Notes: generated by a model not told the origin, from the sequence alone. A DNA stretch of 25,448 nucleotides from Parcubacteria group bacterium (GCA_040900505.1 JBBDYY010000021.1:1-25448); one strand, 5' to 3'; shown: positions 1 through 6,841, numbered from the stretch's first letter. Program-made: numbers and translations.

Positions 1-54
1 GTAGACTTCAAGCCCTTCACTATTTGCACGGCGGTTCGATTCCGCCCATCTCCA
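1..54 (+). ncRNA. ssrA: tmRNA, 3' end only (gene starts before the window)
   Basis: T-arm GGCGG-TTCGATT-CCGCC (30-46), then acceptor strand CATCTCC (47-53) and discriminator A54. It is preceded by GTAGAC...TTTGCAC with no tRNA anticodon or variable arm, which is the tmRNA 3' layout. CCA is not encoded here (next bases are CAG). Confidence 0.8.
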
Positions 55-98
55 CAGATAAAGCAGCCCCGCCTCGTGCGGGGTTTTGCTTTATCTGT
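54..98 (+). terminator. Long hairpin directly after tmRNA
   Basis: ACAGATAAAGCA (54-65) pairs with TGCTTTATCTGT (87-98). Inner stem GCCCCGC/GCGGGGT around the loop CTCGT. Confidence 0.65.
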
Positions 99-105
99 TA
101 GTAGA

Positions 106-221
106 GTCGGAATCGAACCGAGGAAGGGGTCGGGAAACCTGTCTGGTTTCCCGTGGAGGAAGGCAGGGCTTTGCCCGTCGGAAAACCGTGGGTTTCCGAG
201 GAGTGAGATATCCGCCCATCT
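106..221 (+). mobile_element. Structured mini-element, copy A: inverted tmRNA T-arm copy + conserved core + direct copy of tmRNA 3' end
   Basis: 108-120 is the exact reverse complement of 32-44. Core 122-203 is homologous to 18320-18418 (minus strand). 211-221 is identical to 41-51. Mobility is inferred, not shown. Confidence 0.6.
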
Positions 222-267
222 GGCGCTTTTTATGTTTCGCTCGTGATAACTCGTGACCGATGAACCC

Positions 268-301
268 TTCCGAGGTGTGAGATATCCGCCCATCTCCACC
301 A
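268..301 (+). repeat. Second displaced copy of the tmRNA 3' end, ending in CCA (att-like)
   Basis: 268-295 matches 194-221 at 27/28 nt. 285-299 is identical to 41-55 and continues to ...CCACCA (296-301). Confidence 0.85.
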
Positions 302-444
302 CATTCGCAGATGGCCCGCCAAAGCGCTTGCTTTATCTATATCAGTATATTGTAGTAGATTTGTTGCCCGAAGGAGAAATAATTATTGGCATGATATTTT
401 AACCAGGCTTCAATATCTATTTTCCAGCTTCTCACTGTAGTAAG

Positions 445-1395
445 ATGAGTGGGGACGTTCTTAACAATCCACTGGAGATTCTCATGTCTGTATCTATGAT
501 GCCGGCGAGAGAATCCTCGCCAAACCTTCTCTACAAAGCAGTGCTTGCCCTAATGGTCTTTGGACCACTCTTGGCAATATTACTGCTGCCATTCTTTTGG
601 CAAGATGTTTTCGTGAAGGAGGCTCTGATCCAGCTCCCCATATGGTATGTGATTACAGTCACTGCCATTACGGTAAGCTTCCACAGGGAGCTCACCCACG
701 GGTCTCTTGAGCTCAAGCCTATAGCCAAGTACCCAATGGTGGTTCTGGCTCTTCTTGCGCTCGAAGGAAGAGCGATTGATTGGTGCGCTAACCATCGAAA
801 GCACCATCACTACTCCGATAAAGAGGGTGACCCTCACTCGCCGAACCTTCATGGCGAGAGTATCTGGGGAATCATCAAGGGATGGGGTCACGGTCATGTG
901 ATGTGGCTCTTCTCCGCGGAGAAGCCAGACCACAAGCGCTACGTTCCAGATCTCTTGGAGGACCGGACGCTTAGAGCGCTCGATCGACTCTTCCCCCTCT
1001 GGGCGGTACTTACATTCCTCCTGCCGGGACTTAGCGCTTACGCCCTTCTTCCAACTTGGAAGACGTTCTGGGTGGGAGTCCTCTGGGGTGGAGTGGTCCG
1101 TGTCTTCCTGGTTCATCATATGACTTGGAGCATCAACTCCATTTGTCATCTCTGGGGTACTCGACCATTCCGATCGAGGGACAAAAGTGTCAATAACTTC
1201 TTCTTCGGCTACCTCGCCGCGGGAGAAGGCTGGCACAGAAACCACCATGCCTTCGCAAGGTCAGCAAGAATTGGCCTAAGATGGTGGGAATTCGACTGGG
1301 GCTGGATTGTCATTCGGATTCTTAATTTCTTCGGCTTGGTGAAGCGGTACGTAGTGCCAGACGCCTCACAAATCGAAGCGAAGCGGATCCGCTGA
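445..1395 (+). CDS. Membrane fatty acid desaturase, delta-9 acyl-CoA/acyl-lipid (OLE1/DesC-like), no cytochrome b5 fusion
   Basis: Three His boxes (HRELTH, HRKHH, HRNHH), plus SDKEGDPHSP, TWSINSICHLWG and GEGWH motifs and hydrophobic TM segments. True start could be 484 or 499. Confidence 0.92.
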   Translation: MSGDVLNNPLEILMSVSMMPARESSPNLLYKAVLALMVFGPLLAILLLPFFWQDVFVKEALIQLPIWYVITVTAITVSFHRELTHGSLELKPIAKYPMVVLALLALEGRAIDWCANHRKHHHYSDKEGDPHSPNLHGESIWGIIKGWGHGHVMWLFSAEKPDHKRYVPDLLEDRTLRALDRLFPLWAVLTFLLPGLSAYALLPTWKTFWVGVLWGGVVRVFLVHHMTWSINSICHLWGTRPFRSRDKSVNNFFFGYLAAGEGWHRNHHAFARSARIGLRWWEFDWGWIVIRILNFFGLVKRYVVPDASQIEAKRIR

Positions 1396-1398
1396 GCT

Positions 1399-1430
1399 AA
1401 AGCGCTCTCCTAGGAGAGCGCTTTTTTATT
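1399..1430. terminator. Bidirectional intrinsic terminator
   Basis: Perfect 26-bp palindrome AAAGCGCTCTCCTAGGAGAGCGCTTT (1399-1424) followed by a T tract, between convergent genes. Confidence 0.85.
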
Positions 1431-1466
1431 TATTCTCATATTTTTCTCCTTTGCATATTGTGATAG

Positions 1467-1922
1467 TTATCTCCTATCTATCTTTCTTGTAAGTTCCAAA
1501 AGTAATTCGTTTTGATTTTCCAGATGAGCAAGGATGGTTTCAATTTCTTTCTCTGCTTTCATGTTTACTTCAAAATCGGCCTGCGCGCGCTTCTCTGCAA
1601 ACTTTCCCTCCAGATTTTGCCCAACCATTATGAGGGGCAAAAGAATAAGCTGAATGATATTTGACGCGACTAACCAAATGAAGAAGGCTGGAGCTGGGTC
1701 AAAGCGGAGCGGAACAGGAGCATATATGTTCCAGAGCACCCAACCTATGGTCCATACGGCAAGCACAAAGAAGAAGCCCATGGTGCCCACTGCCCTGGTA
1801 ACCACAAGGGCGAACCTCTCAAGAGAAGAAAATTTGACCCTGGCCTCGTGCCGATGGTTCCGTAAGGGTTTCCTCCCTGCCTTAAGCTCATGGAGAGTTG
1901 AGGGCATATGTAAGTATTCCAT
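1467..1922 (-). CDS. DUF1003-family membrane protein
   Basis: Two TM helices with FDPAPAF...LLPLIMVGQN and a C-terminal coiled coil (RAQADFEVNMKAEKEI), as in DUF1003. Confidence 0.85.
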   Translation of the reverse strand: MEYLHMPSTLHELKAGRKPLRNHRHEARVKFSSLERFALVVTRAVGTMGFFFVLAVWTIGWVLWNIYAPVPLRFDPAPAFFIWLVASNIIQLILLPLIMVGQNLEGKFAEKRAQADFEVNMKAEKEIETILAHLENQNELLLELTRKIDRR

Positions 1923-1930
1923 TTCTACAT

Positions 1931-1965
1931 AGTAAAGAGTAAACAGTAGATAGTAAATAGTAAAT
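1931..1965. repeat. Five tandem heptamers AGTA(A/G)AN in a divergent promoter region
   Basis: AGTAAAG AGTAAAC AGTAGAT AGTAAAT AGTAAAT read directly from the sequence. Confidence 0.8.
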
Positions 1966-2503
1966 GGTGTATAGTATGGGCAATAACGAATTAGATTTGC
2001 CCAACCCTCGTACTAATCAGCGTATAGCCGCTAAAGAACTCCGCCTCATAGGCCCGAAAGGAGAGAACTTCGGAGTCCTCTCGCTTGAAGACGCCTTGAA
2101 GAAAGCTGCTGAGTTTGACCTGGACCTTATAGAAATTTCTCCTAACGCGAACCCCCCTGTGGCGAAGATTGCTGACCTTGGCAAATTTCTTTACGAAGAG
2201 AGCAAGAAGGAGAAGGCGGCAAAGATGAAGAGCCACTCCGTAGAGGTCAAAAGTGTGCAGGTAAAGCTCGGCACGGGGGACCACGATCTTGAGCTCAAAG
2301 CCAAGAAGACCTCCGAATGGCTTGCTGAGGGCCACCGTGTGAAGATAAACCTCTTCCTCCCCGGTAGAGCCAAGTATCTAGATGAGAAGTTCCTCAAGGC
2401 GCGTATAGAGCGTATGCTCAAGCTCGTAACCGTGCCCTACAAGGTAGCCGAGACCCCCAAGAAAAGTCCTAAGGGAATGACGGCTCTAATAGAGCGCGCC
2501 TAG
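1964..2503 (+). CDS. infC: Translation initiation factor IF-3
   Basis: RTNQRIAAKELRLIG...ALKKAAEFDLDLIEISPNANPPVAKIADLGKFLYE...VKINLFLPGR. Start uncertain (ATG 1964, ATG 1976 or TTG 1997). Confidence 0.95.
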   Translation: MVYSMGNNELDLPNPRTNQRIAAKELRLIGPKGENFGVLSLEDALKKAAEFDLDLIEISPNANPPVAKIADLGKFLYEESKKEKAAKMKSHSVEVKSVQVKLGTGDHDLELKAKKTSEWLAEGHRVKINLFLPGRAKYLDEKFLKARIERMLKLVTVPYKVAETPKKSPKGMTALIERA

Positions 2504-2548
2504 CTTTACAAAAGGGCTAAAATCCGTAAGATATAGACCCTAGCTTTT

Positions 2549-2740
2549 ATGGCCCAGAAAACTAATAAATCATATTCGAAACGCCTTAAGGTCACCAAAA
2601 GTGGCAAGATTTTGGCGCGGAAAACTGGTCAAAATCACTTCAATGCCAAGGAGAGAAACTCAGACAAGGGAGCCAAGGGCCGCAATACCGAATTTCATAT
2701 GACGAATAAAGAAAGAAGCCGTTTCCTCATAAACTTCTAG
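2549..2740 (+). CDS. rpmI: 50S ribosomal protein bL35
   Basis: KTNKSYSKRLKVTKSGKI...GQNHFNAK; lies between infC and rplT. Confidence 0.92.
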   Translation: MAQKTNKSYSKRLKVTKSGKILARKTGQNHFNAKERNSDKGAKGRNTEFHMTNKERSRFLINF

Positions 2741-2764
2741 TTCGATAAACTCACCACAAGTAAC
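2738..2764 (+). repeat. REP-like spacer motif TAGTTCGATAAACTCACCACAAGT
   Basis: Fills the whole rpmI-rplT spacer. Related motifs at 13065-13088, 14417-14450 and 21233-21283. Confidence 0.6.
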
Positions 2765-3109
2765 ATGACAAGAGTAAAGAAAGGCGTTAACGCCCTCAAA
2801 AACCGAAGAAACGTCTTAAAGCAAGTGAAGGGCTACCGCCACGGCCGAAGCACCAAGGAGCGCCAGGCAAACGAAGCCATTTTCCACGCGGGTACTTACG
2901 CCTTTGCCCACAGGAGGGACAAGAAGGGAGACTTCCGCCGCCTCTGGAATGTGCGCATGTCGGCTTCTCTTAAGGAAATGGGTCTCTCCTACTCCAAGTT
3001 CATAGGCATGCTCAAGAAGAAGGATGTGGCGCTCGACAGAAAGATTCTTGCTGGCCTTGCGGAGAACAACCCCGAAACATTTAAAAAAATTGTCGAAGCA
3101 GTTAAGTAA
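2765..3109 (+). CDS. rplT: 50S ribosomal protein bL20
   Basis: MTRVKKG...KGYRHGRS...YAFAHRRDKKGDFRRLWNVR...DRKILAGLA. Confidence 0.97.
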   Translation: MTRVKKGVNALKNRRNVLKQVKGYRHGRSTKERQANEAIFHAGTYAFAHRRDKKGDFRRLWNVRMSASLKEMGLSYSKFIGMLKKKDVALDRKILAGLAENNPETFKKIVEAVK

Positions 3110-3119
3110 CTTCTTTAAT

Positions 3120-3503
3120 TTAATTATAAAGGCCCCTCAATTCTTCAAGCAATTCATCCAAAGATTTATTTATATTCTTCTTTGTCGTCTCAATATCTTT
3201 CAAGGTATACCCGTTATCTACCCCATCTGCAAGATGCGAAGCTATCATCTTAATATCGTATACTAACTCGGCAATTTTTTCTTGAGGCTCTGCAGTCCTA
3301 TCATGGCTCTCTGCGCGTCTCCGAGCATCATCCGCCGAATGTTGAGCGCTATCCGCCGACTGTCGTGCGCCTGACTCAATTTCTGAAGCAGAAGCTCTCA
3401 ATCCTGCCGCCGCACCACGATTGTATTGGCTTGCGTCGGCCATTGCTTCTGCCTTTGCGGAGTCTTCTACCCACCCATCTGGTTTTTCTTGATATTCTTT
3501 CAT
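3120..3503 (-). CDS. Hypothetical soluble helical protein
   Basis: 127-aa ORF with a TATATT-N6-ATG promoter/start arrangement. No family recognised. Confidence 0.7.
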   Translation of the reverse strand: MKEYQEKPDGWVEDSAKAEAMADASQYNRGAAAGLRASASEIESGARQSADSAQHSADDARRRAESHDRTAEPQEKIAELVYDIKMIASHLADGVDNGYTLKDIETTKKNINKSLDELLEELRGLYN

Positions 3504-3509
3504 ATATCC

Positions 3510-3536
3510 AATATACCCCCCCCACTAGAATTACAA
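3510..3536 (-). promoter_or_regulatory. Putative leaderless promoter with a G8 tract in the spacer
   Basis: Minus strand TTGTAA (3531-3536), 15-nt spacer including G8 (3516-3523), TATATT (3510-3515), 6 nt, ATG. Confidence 0.45.
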
Positions 3537-3590
3537 GCCCTCTAGACACAACCAAAAATATTTAAACATATTTAAAAACATTGAATCTAC

Positions 3591-3619
3591 TAATAACATA
3601 CGATATATCGTATGTTATG
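3591..3619. repeat. 29-bp inverted repeat, left copy, containing a perfect 26-bp palindrome (operator-like)
   Basis: TAATAACATACGATATATCGTATGTTATG; palindrome spans 3593-3618. Confidence 0.9.
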
Positions 3620-3622
3620 TAA

Positions 3623-4054
3623 TTAGCTGTTTTTGAGCTTTTCTTTGTAGATTGACTTATCCAAAGATCGCCATCTCTTGCCTCCTACCTTAGGCGGCAT
3701 AATTCCTCCAATAAATAAAATTTTCTCGATTAGTTCCCAGATATCTTTTTTGCCCAGAGCTTCTTTAATGATACGAGTATATCTCCCTTTTTCGTAATTT
3801 ACCGACATGCGCTCTGTTGTAGACGGGCTCATAAGGAGCGCTTCAGCTATCATGTGGGATGATACTCCTTTTGAAAGCATGGCAATAACGGCCAACCTCT
3901 TGGCGAACATCACTCTTTCGGTTCTGGAGAAGAATTCATTAAAAACTTGCCTGGTTTTATGATTATCAAAGGAGCGCTCGAACGATCTGACCAATTCGAG
4001 CTGGAGTTCCTCAAGCTGTTTCATCTTCAAGCCCCTCTTTGAAATATGTGGCAT
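3623..4054 (-). CDS. TrpR/YerC-YecD-like helix-turn-helix regulator
   Basis: FFSRTERVMFAKRLAVIAMLSKGVSSHMIAEALLMSPSTTERMS fits the Trp-repressor-family HTH pattern (xxTxxERxxxxxRLxxxxxLxxGxSxxxIxxxLxxSxxTxxR). Confidence 0.8.
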   Translation of the reverse strand: MPHISKRGLKMKQLEELQLELVRSFERSFDNHKTRQVFNEFFSRTERVMFAKRLAVIAMLSKGVSSHMIAEALLMSPSTTERMSVNYEKGRYTRIIKEALGKKDIWELIEKILFIGGIMPPKVGGKRWRSLDKSIYKEKLKNS

Positions 4055-4080
4055 AACGTACGATATATCGTATGTTATTA
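4052..4080. repeat. 29-bp inverted repeat, right copy; overlaps the start codon and predicted TSS of the TrpR-like gene
   Basis: Reverse complement is TAATAACATACGATATATCGTACGTTATG, 28/29 identical to 3591-3619. Confidence 0.9.
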
Positions 4081-4088
4081 CTATAGCA
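4080..4088 (-). promoter_or_regulatory. Extended -10 promoter of the TrpR-like gene
   Basis: Minus strand TGcTATAGT, abutting the palindrome. Confidence 0.6.
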
Positions 4089-4120
4089 TAGAAGGAGGTG
4101 GCGTTGGCGTAGGGGTATTA

Positions 4121-5500
4121 TTAAACCTCCAGTTTGTAAGTCTTCCCCCTCTCAGGCACTATAGCTTCTACTCCAAGTTCATCATGTAAGCGCTGAGCAA
4201 GAAATATGGAGGAGGCTGTTTCTCCCATGGCTATAAAAACTTTTTTTAAAGTGTCCTGGCTTGCAGAAACGAACTCCACTAAATTATTTGAATCCTTGTG
4301 CGCCGAGTATCCGCCAATTTGGATAACTTCTGCCCTCACATTAATCTTCGCCCCATGTATATCCACTGTCTTCATACCTTCGGAAATCTGCCTGCCTAAG
4401 GTGCCGGCCGCCTGGTAGCCGACAAAAAGGATGGTGGCATTTGGGTCTGGAAGATAATGAGCTTCGTGTCCTACTATCCTCCCTCCTGTAGACATGCCAG
4501 ACCCCGCAAGGATAATCTTCCCCCCTTGGGTTCTGTTGATCTCTTCTGCATCCTTGACTTGAACAGTTTCAAGAAGTTTGGGAAATTTAAAAATATCATC
4601 ATGCTTTGCCTCTTCCCGCACTGAGTCCTTGTAATAGGCAGAGGTCTTCTCATAAATCTCGGTAACTTTTATTGATAGAGGAGAATCTAAAAAGACTGGA
4701 ACATTCCTCACCCCCTCCTCATTAAAAATTTTATTCAATTCATATAAAACAATTTGCGTTCTTTCTAAGGAAAATACTGGTATAAGAAGAGTCCTGCCCT
4801 CTTTAATCACGCGGTGAATAATTTCTTTAAACTTTCTGTCCCTCTCCTCTGTCCCCTCATGATTGCGATCTCCATATACAGAATCCATCAATAAGTATGC
4901 TAGTCCTGTAACCACTTCTGTATCCCTCAAGAGAGGCGAGGGTGAGTTGCCGAGATCACCGGTAAAGAGCATGGATTTGTCAGAAGGGAAGATGAATTTG
5001 TACATGGCTGAGCCCAGAATATGGCCAGCATCATAGAGTTCTACGCTAAAGTCGGTAAAGCTTTTTGCCTCATGATACGGGATGGTTTGCCAGAGCCTGA
5101 GGCTCTCTTCAACATCGTGGTTGGTATAAATCGGCAAGGTGCCGTCCCGCCTTGCATTGCTGTCGCTAATCTTCGCTATGTCCATCATCATTAATTCCGC
5201 AATGTCTTTGGTCTCTCTAGTGGAATATATGATTCCTTTAAAACCGTCATGCACAAGCTTCGGAATCCTCCCTATATGATCTATGTGTGCGTGAGTGACG
5301 AAGAGGGCGTCGATGGAAAATGGATCATACGGAAAATCTTTATGATTCTCCTCTTCCGAACCATGCACTCCTTGGAGAAGTCCGCAATCGACTAAAATCT
5401 TTTTAGTCGTCCCGAATTCCTGTGAGGGACCTATCTCGAGCAGAAAGTTGGCGCCAGTAACTGTTCCCGCCCCACCCCAGCATGTAAGATTAACTAGCAT
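4121..5500 (-). CDS. MBL-fold beta-CASP RNA-processing ribonuclease (YSH1/CPSF73-like)
   Basis: LVDCG, THAHIDHIG, DAGHILGSA, FTGDLG, SGMSTGG and GYSAHKD motifs. Confidence 0.92.
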   Translation of the reverse strand: MLVNLTCWGGAGTVTGANFLLEIGPSQEFGTTKKILVDCGLLQGVHGSEEENHKDFPYDPFSIDALFVTHAHIDHIGRIPKLVHDGFKGIIYSTRETKDIAELMMMDIAKISDSNARRDGTLPIYTNHDVEESLRLWQTIPYHEAKSFTDFSVELYDAGHILGSAMYKFIFPSDKSMLFTGDLGNSPSPLLRDTEVVTGLAYLLMDSVYGDRNHEGTEERDRKFKEIIHRVIKEGRTLLIPVFSLERTQIVLYELNKIFNEEGVRNVPVFLDSPLSIKVTEIYEKTSAYYKDSVREEAKHDDIFKFPKLLETVQVKDAEEINRTQGGKIILAGSGMSTGGRIVGHEAHYLPDPNATILFVGYQAAGTLGRQISEGMKTVDIHGAKINVRAEVIQIGGYSAHKDSNNLVEFVSASQDTLKKVFIAMGETASSIFLAQRLHDELGVEAIVPERGKTYKLEV

Positions 5501-5891
5501 AAAATATTTTTTTCGTTCCCCAGATGCCGGCTAATGTTCCTCCCACTATGTCAGCGATGAGATCTGTCACGGTATCTAGCCCGTATCCCTCTGTAGATTG
5601 GGTGAGACCATACACGTATTCAAATATTTCCCACCCAACTCCCACTACCACTGTAACCAATACTGCTGTAAGAAACGCGCTCGTTTGACTTGGTCTTTGT
5701 TTGTTCCAGAGTCCTGAATCCCAAAATACCCAAAGAGCGAAAAGGCCGACAAAAACTCCGCCTATAAGGTGAGCCAAAGTGTCATACCAACCAATACTCC
5801 AGTAAAGATAGAAGAAGGATCCGACTAAATGTAGAATAAATAAACCAATAAGGACCGCGAAACTGGTAAAGAGAAGGGAAAAATTCTGCAT
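5490..5891 (-). CDS. Small four-TM membrane protein (DUF2238/VanZ-like), with intramembrane H, ExxE and DxxxD residues
   Basis: WYDTLAHLIGG, VGVGWEIFEY and DTVTDLIAD motifs. Overlaps the start of the beta-CASP gene by 11 bp. Confidence 0.7.
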   Translation of the reverse strand: MQNFSLLFTSFAVLIGLFILHLVGSFFYLYWSIGWYDTLAHLIGGVFVGLFALWVFWDSGLWNKQRPSQTSAFLTAVLVTVVVGVGWEIFEYVYGLTQSTEGYGLDTVTDLIADIVGGTLAGIWGTKKIFYAS

Positions 5892-5897
5892 TTCAAA

Positions 5898-5906
5898 ATT
5901 ATATCA
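5898..5906 (-). promoter_or_regulatory. Extended -10, leaderless arrangement
   Basis: TGaTATAAT, 6 nt, then ATG (5891). Confidence 0.7.
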
Positions 5907-5914
5907 TTGATGCT

Positions 5915-5937
5915 AAAAATCCCGCTTACGCGGGATT
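5915..5937 (-). terminator. Intrinsic terminator after the small RNA
   Basis: Minus strand AATCCCGC-GTAA-GCGGGATT followed by TTT. Confidence 0.75.
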
Positions 5938-5944
5938 CTTAGTG

Positions 5945-6067
5945 AGGGTTATTCTGGTATACCCTAGTTTCAGAACTAAGGTGGGTTCTCTCAGCTGTAA
6001 CCCCAAGGGGTTAGGCGATTCGAGATCCCTGAAAAATCTTTAGCTAGATAATACCTCAAATAACCCT
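5945..6067 (-). ncRNA. ssrS: Probable miniature 6S RNA (123 nt)
   Basis: Rod closed by AGGGTTATT/AATAACCCT, GGTAT/ATACC and CTAG/CTAG. Central bubble about 14 x 15 nt. GGGATCTC...GAGAGAACCCACCT resembles Firmicutes 6S GGGAGCCC...GAGGGCACCCACCU (recalled from memory). Apical TAACCCC-TT-GGGGTTA. Own TATAAT (6074-6079) 6 nt upstream and a terminator downstream. Confidence 0.62.
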
Positions 6068-6170
6068 GTATACATTATATTCCTTTTTTCCAAAAAACCT
6101 GTTGATATCTACTCGACGAACACCTGAAAACATTTTGTATTTGGCCTTATGGTGTATGCTCCGTTTTCCT

Positions 6171-6773
6171 CTACTCCAAAATACCGTCTAGATTAACATC
6201 ATAAAGGATCTCATCGTTAATAGATCTGTAACTTATTATCTCTCCGTCCTGAAACCAGATTTTTATCTCACGTAGAGCTTCTTCTGTCTTATCCGAGCAA
6301 TGGATGAGGTTACGCACAGCTCTGCCGTCTACATTAGCCAAACCATAGGAGTCTAAGGTGAAGTCACCACGGATAGTGCCTACGTCTGAGGCAGTAGGTT
6401 CGGTTCCCCCAACAAGCTTCTTCACAATAGCCACGGCCTGATTCCCTTCTACAATGAAGCCGACCACCGGCCCAACAGTAAAATATTTGTATAGGTGCTC
6501 TAGAACGTCTCTGCCGTACTCGACGGCATCTTTCGTAGGCTCTCCGCCCTTGTCTTTAATCTCTTCGATGGTCCGCGCACCTACCTTCTCGCACCAAGCG
6601 TCATCCTTACCATAGTGTTCTATGGTCTTTTCCCTGGTGGGTACGAACATCTTTAGAGCTATGATCTTAAGACCAGTGTTTTCTATGCGCTTAATAATTT
6701 CTCCGACGAGAGCACGCTGAACTCCATCATGCTTTACCGCTACGAATGTCCTTTCTTTCTTTGGATGAGTCAT
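6171..6773 (-). CDS. ndk: Nucleoside diphosphate kinase
   Basis: ERTFVAVKHDGVQRALVGEII, GPVVGFIVEG, GTIRGDF and NLIHCSD (catalytic His). Confidence 0.95.
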   Translation of the reverse strand: MTHPKKERTFVAVKHDGVQRALVGEIIKRIENTGLKIIALKMFVPTREKTIEHYGKDDAWCEKVGARTIEEIKDKGGEPTKDAVEYGRDVLEHLYKYFTVGPVVGFIVEGNQAVAIVKKLVGGTEPTASDVGTIRGDFTLDSYGLANVDGRAVRNLIHCSDKTEEALREIKIWFQDGEIISYRSINDEILYDVNLDGILE

Positions 6774-6808
6774 AAAATTAGAATATGAGTATAATCAAAC
6801 TTTAGGCA

Positions 6809-6841
6809 AAAAGAAAGCGCGCACTAACGTACGCGCTTTTT
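6809..6841 (-). terminator. Intrinsic terminator overlapping the stop codon of the 119-aa orphan
   Basis: Minus strand AAAGCGCGTAC-GTTA-GTGCGCGCTTT followed by CTTTTT. Confidence 0.7.

Noticed and set aside
1-56. tRNA-Ala (TTTGCAC looks like a TGC anticodon loop)
   Set aside because: There is no anticodon stem or variable loop between TTTGCAC and the T-arm. The layout fits the tmRNA 3' end.
41-301. CRISPR array suggested by three spaced direct repeats
   Set aside because: The repeats are copies of the tmRNA 3' end, spacing is unequal (170 and 74 bp), and no cas genes are present in the window.
580-1248. 222-aa antisense ORF over the desaturase, and similar shadow ORFs (14001-14825, 18275-18865, 21571-22017, 24558-25346)
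   Set aside because: They lie opposite well-supported genes and show no recognisable domains or expression signals.
3593-4078. loxP-like or dif-like recombination sites (ATAAC... arms; TATGTTA resembles a XerD arm)
   Set aside because: There is no asymmetric 6- or 8-bp crossover spacer and no recombinase nearby. The overlap with a promoter and start codon fits an operator better.
5945-6067. SRP (4.5S) RNA, suggested by TCAGG...CAGC
   Set aside because: It lacks the helix-8 GNRA tetraloop and the AGCAG symmetric loop. The motifs and bubble fit 6S better.
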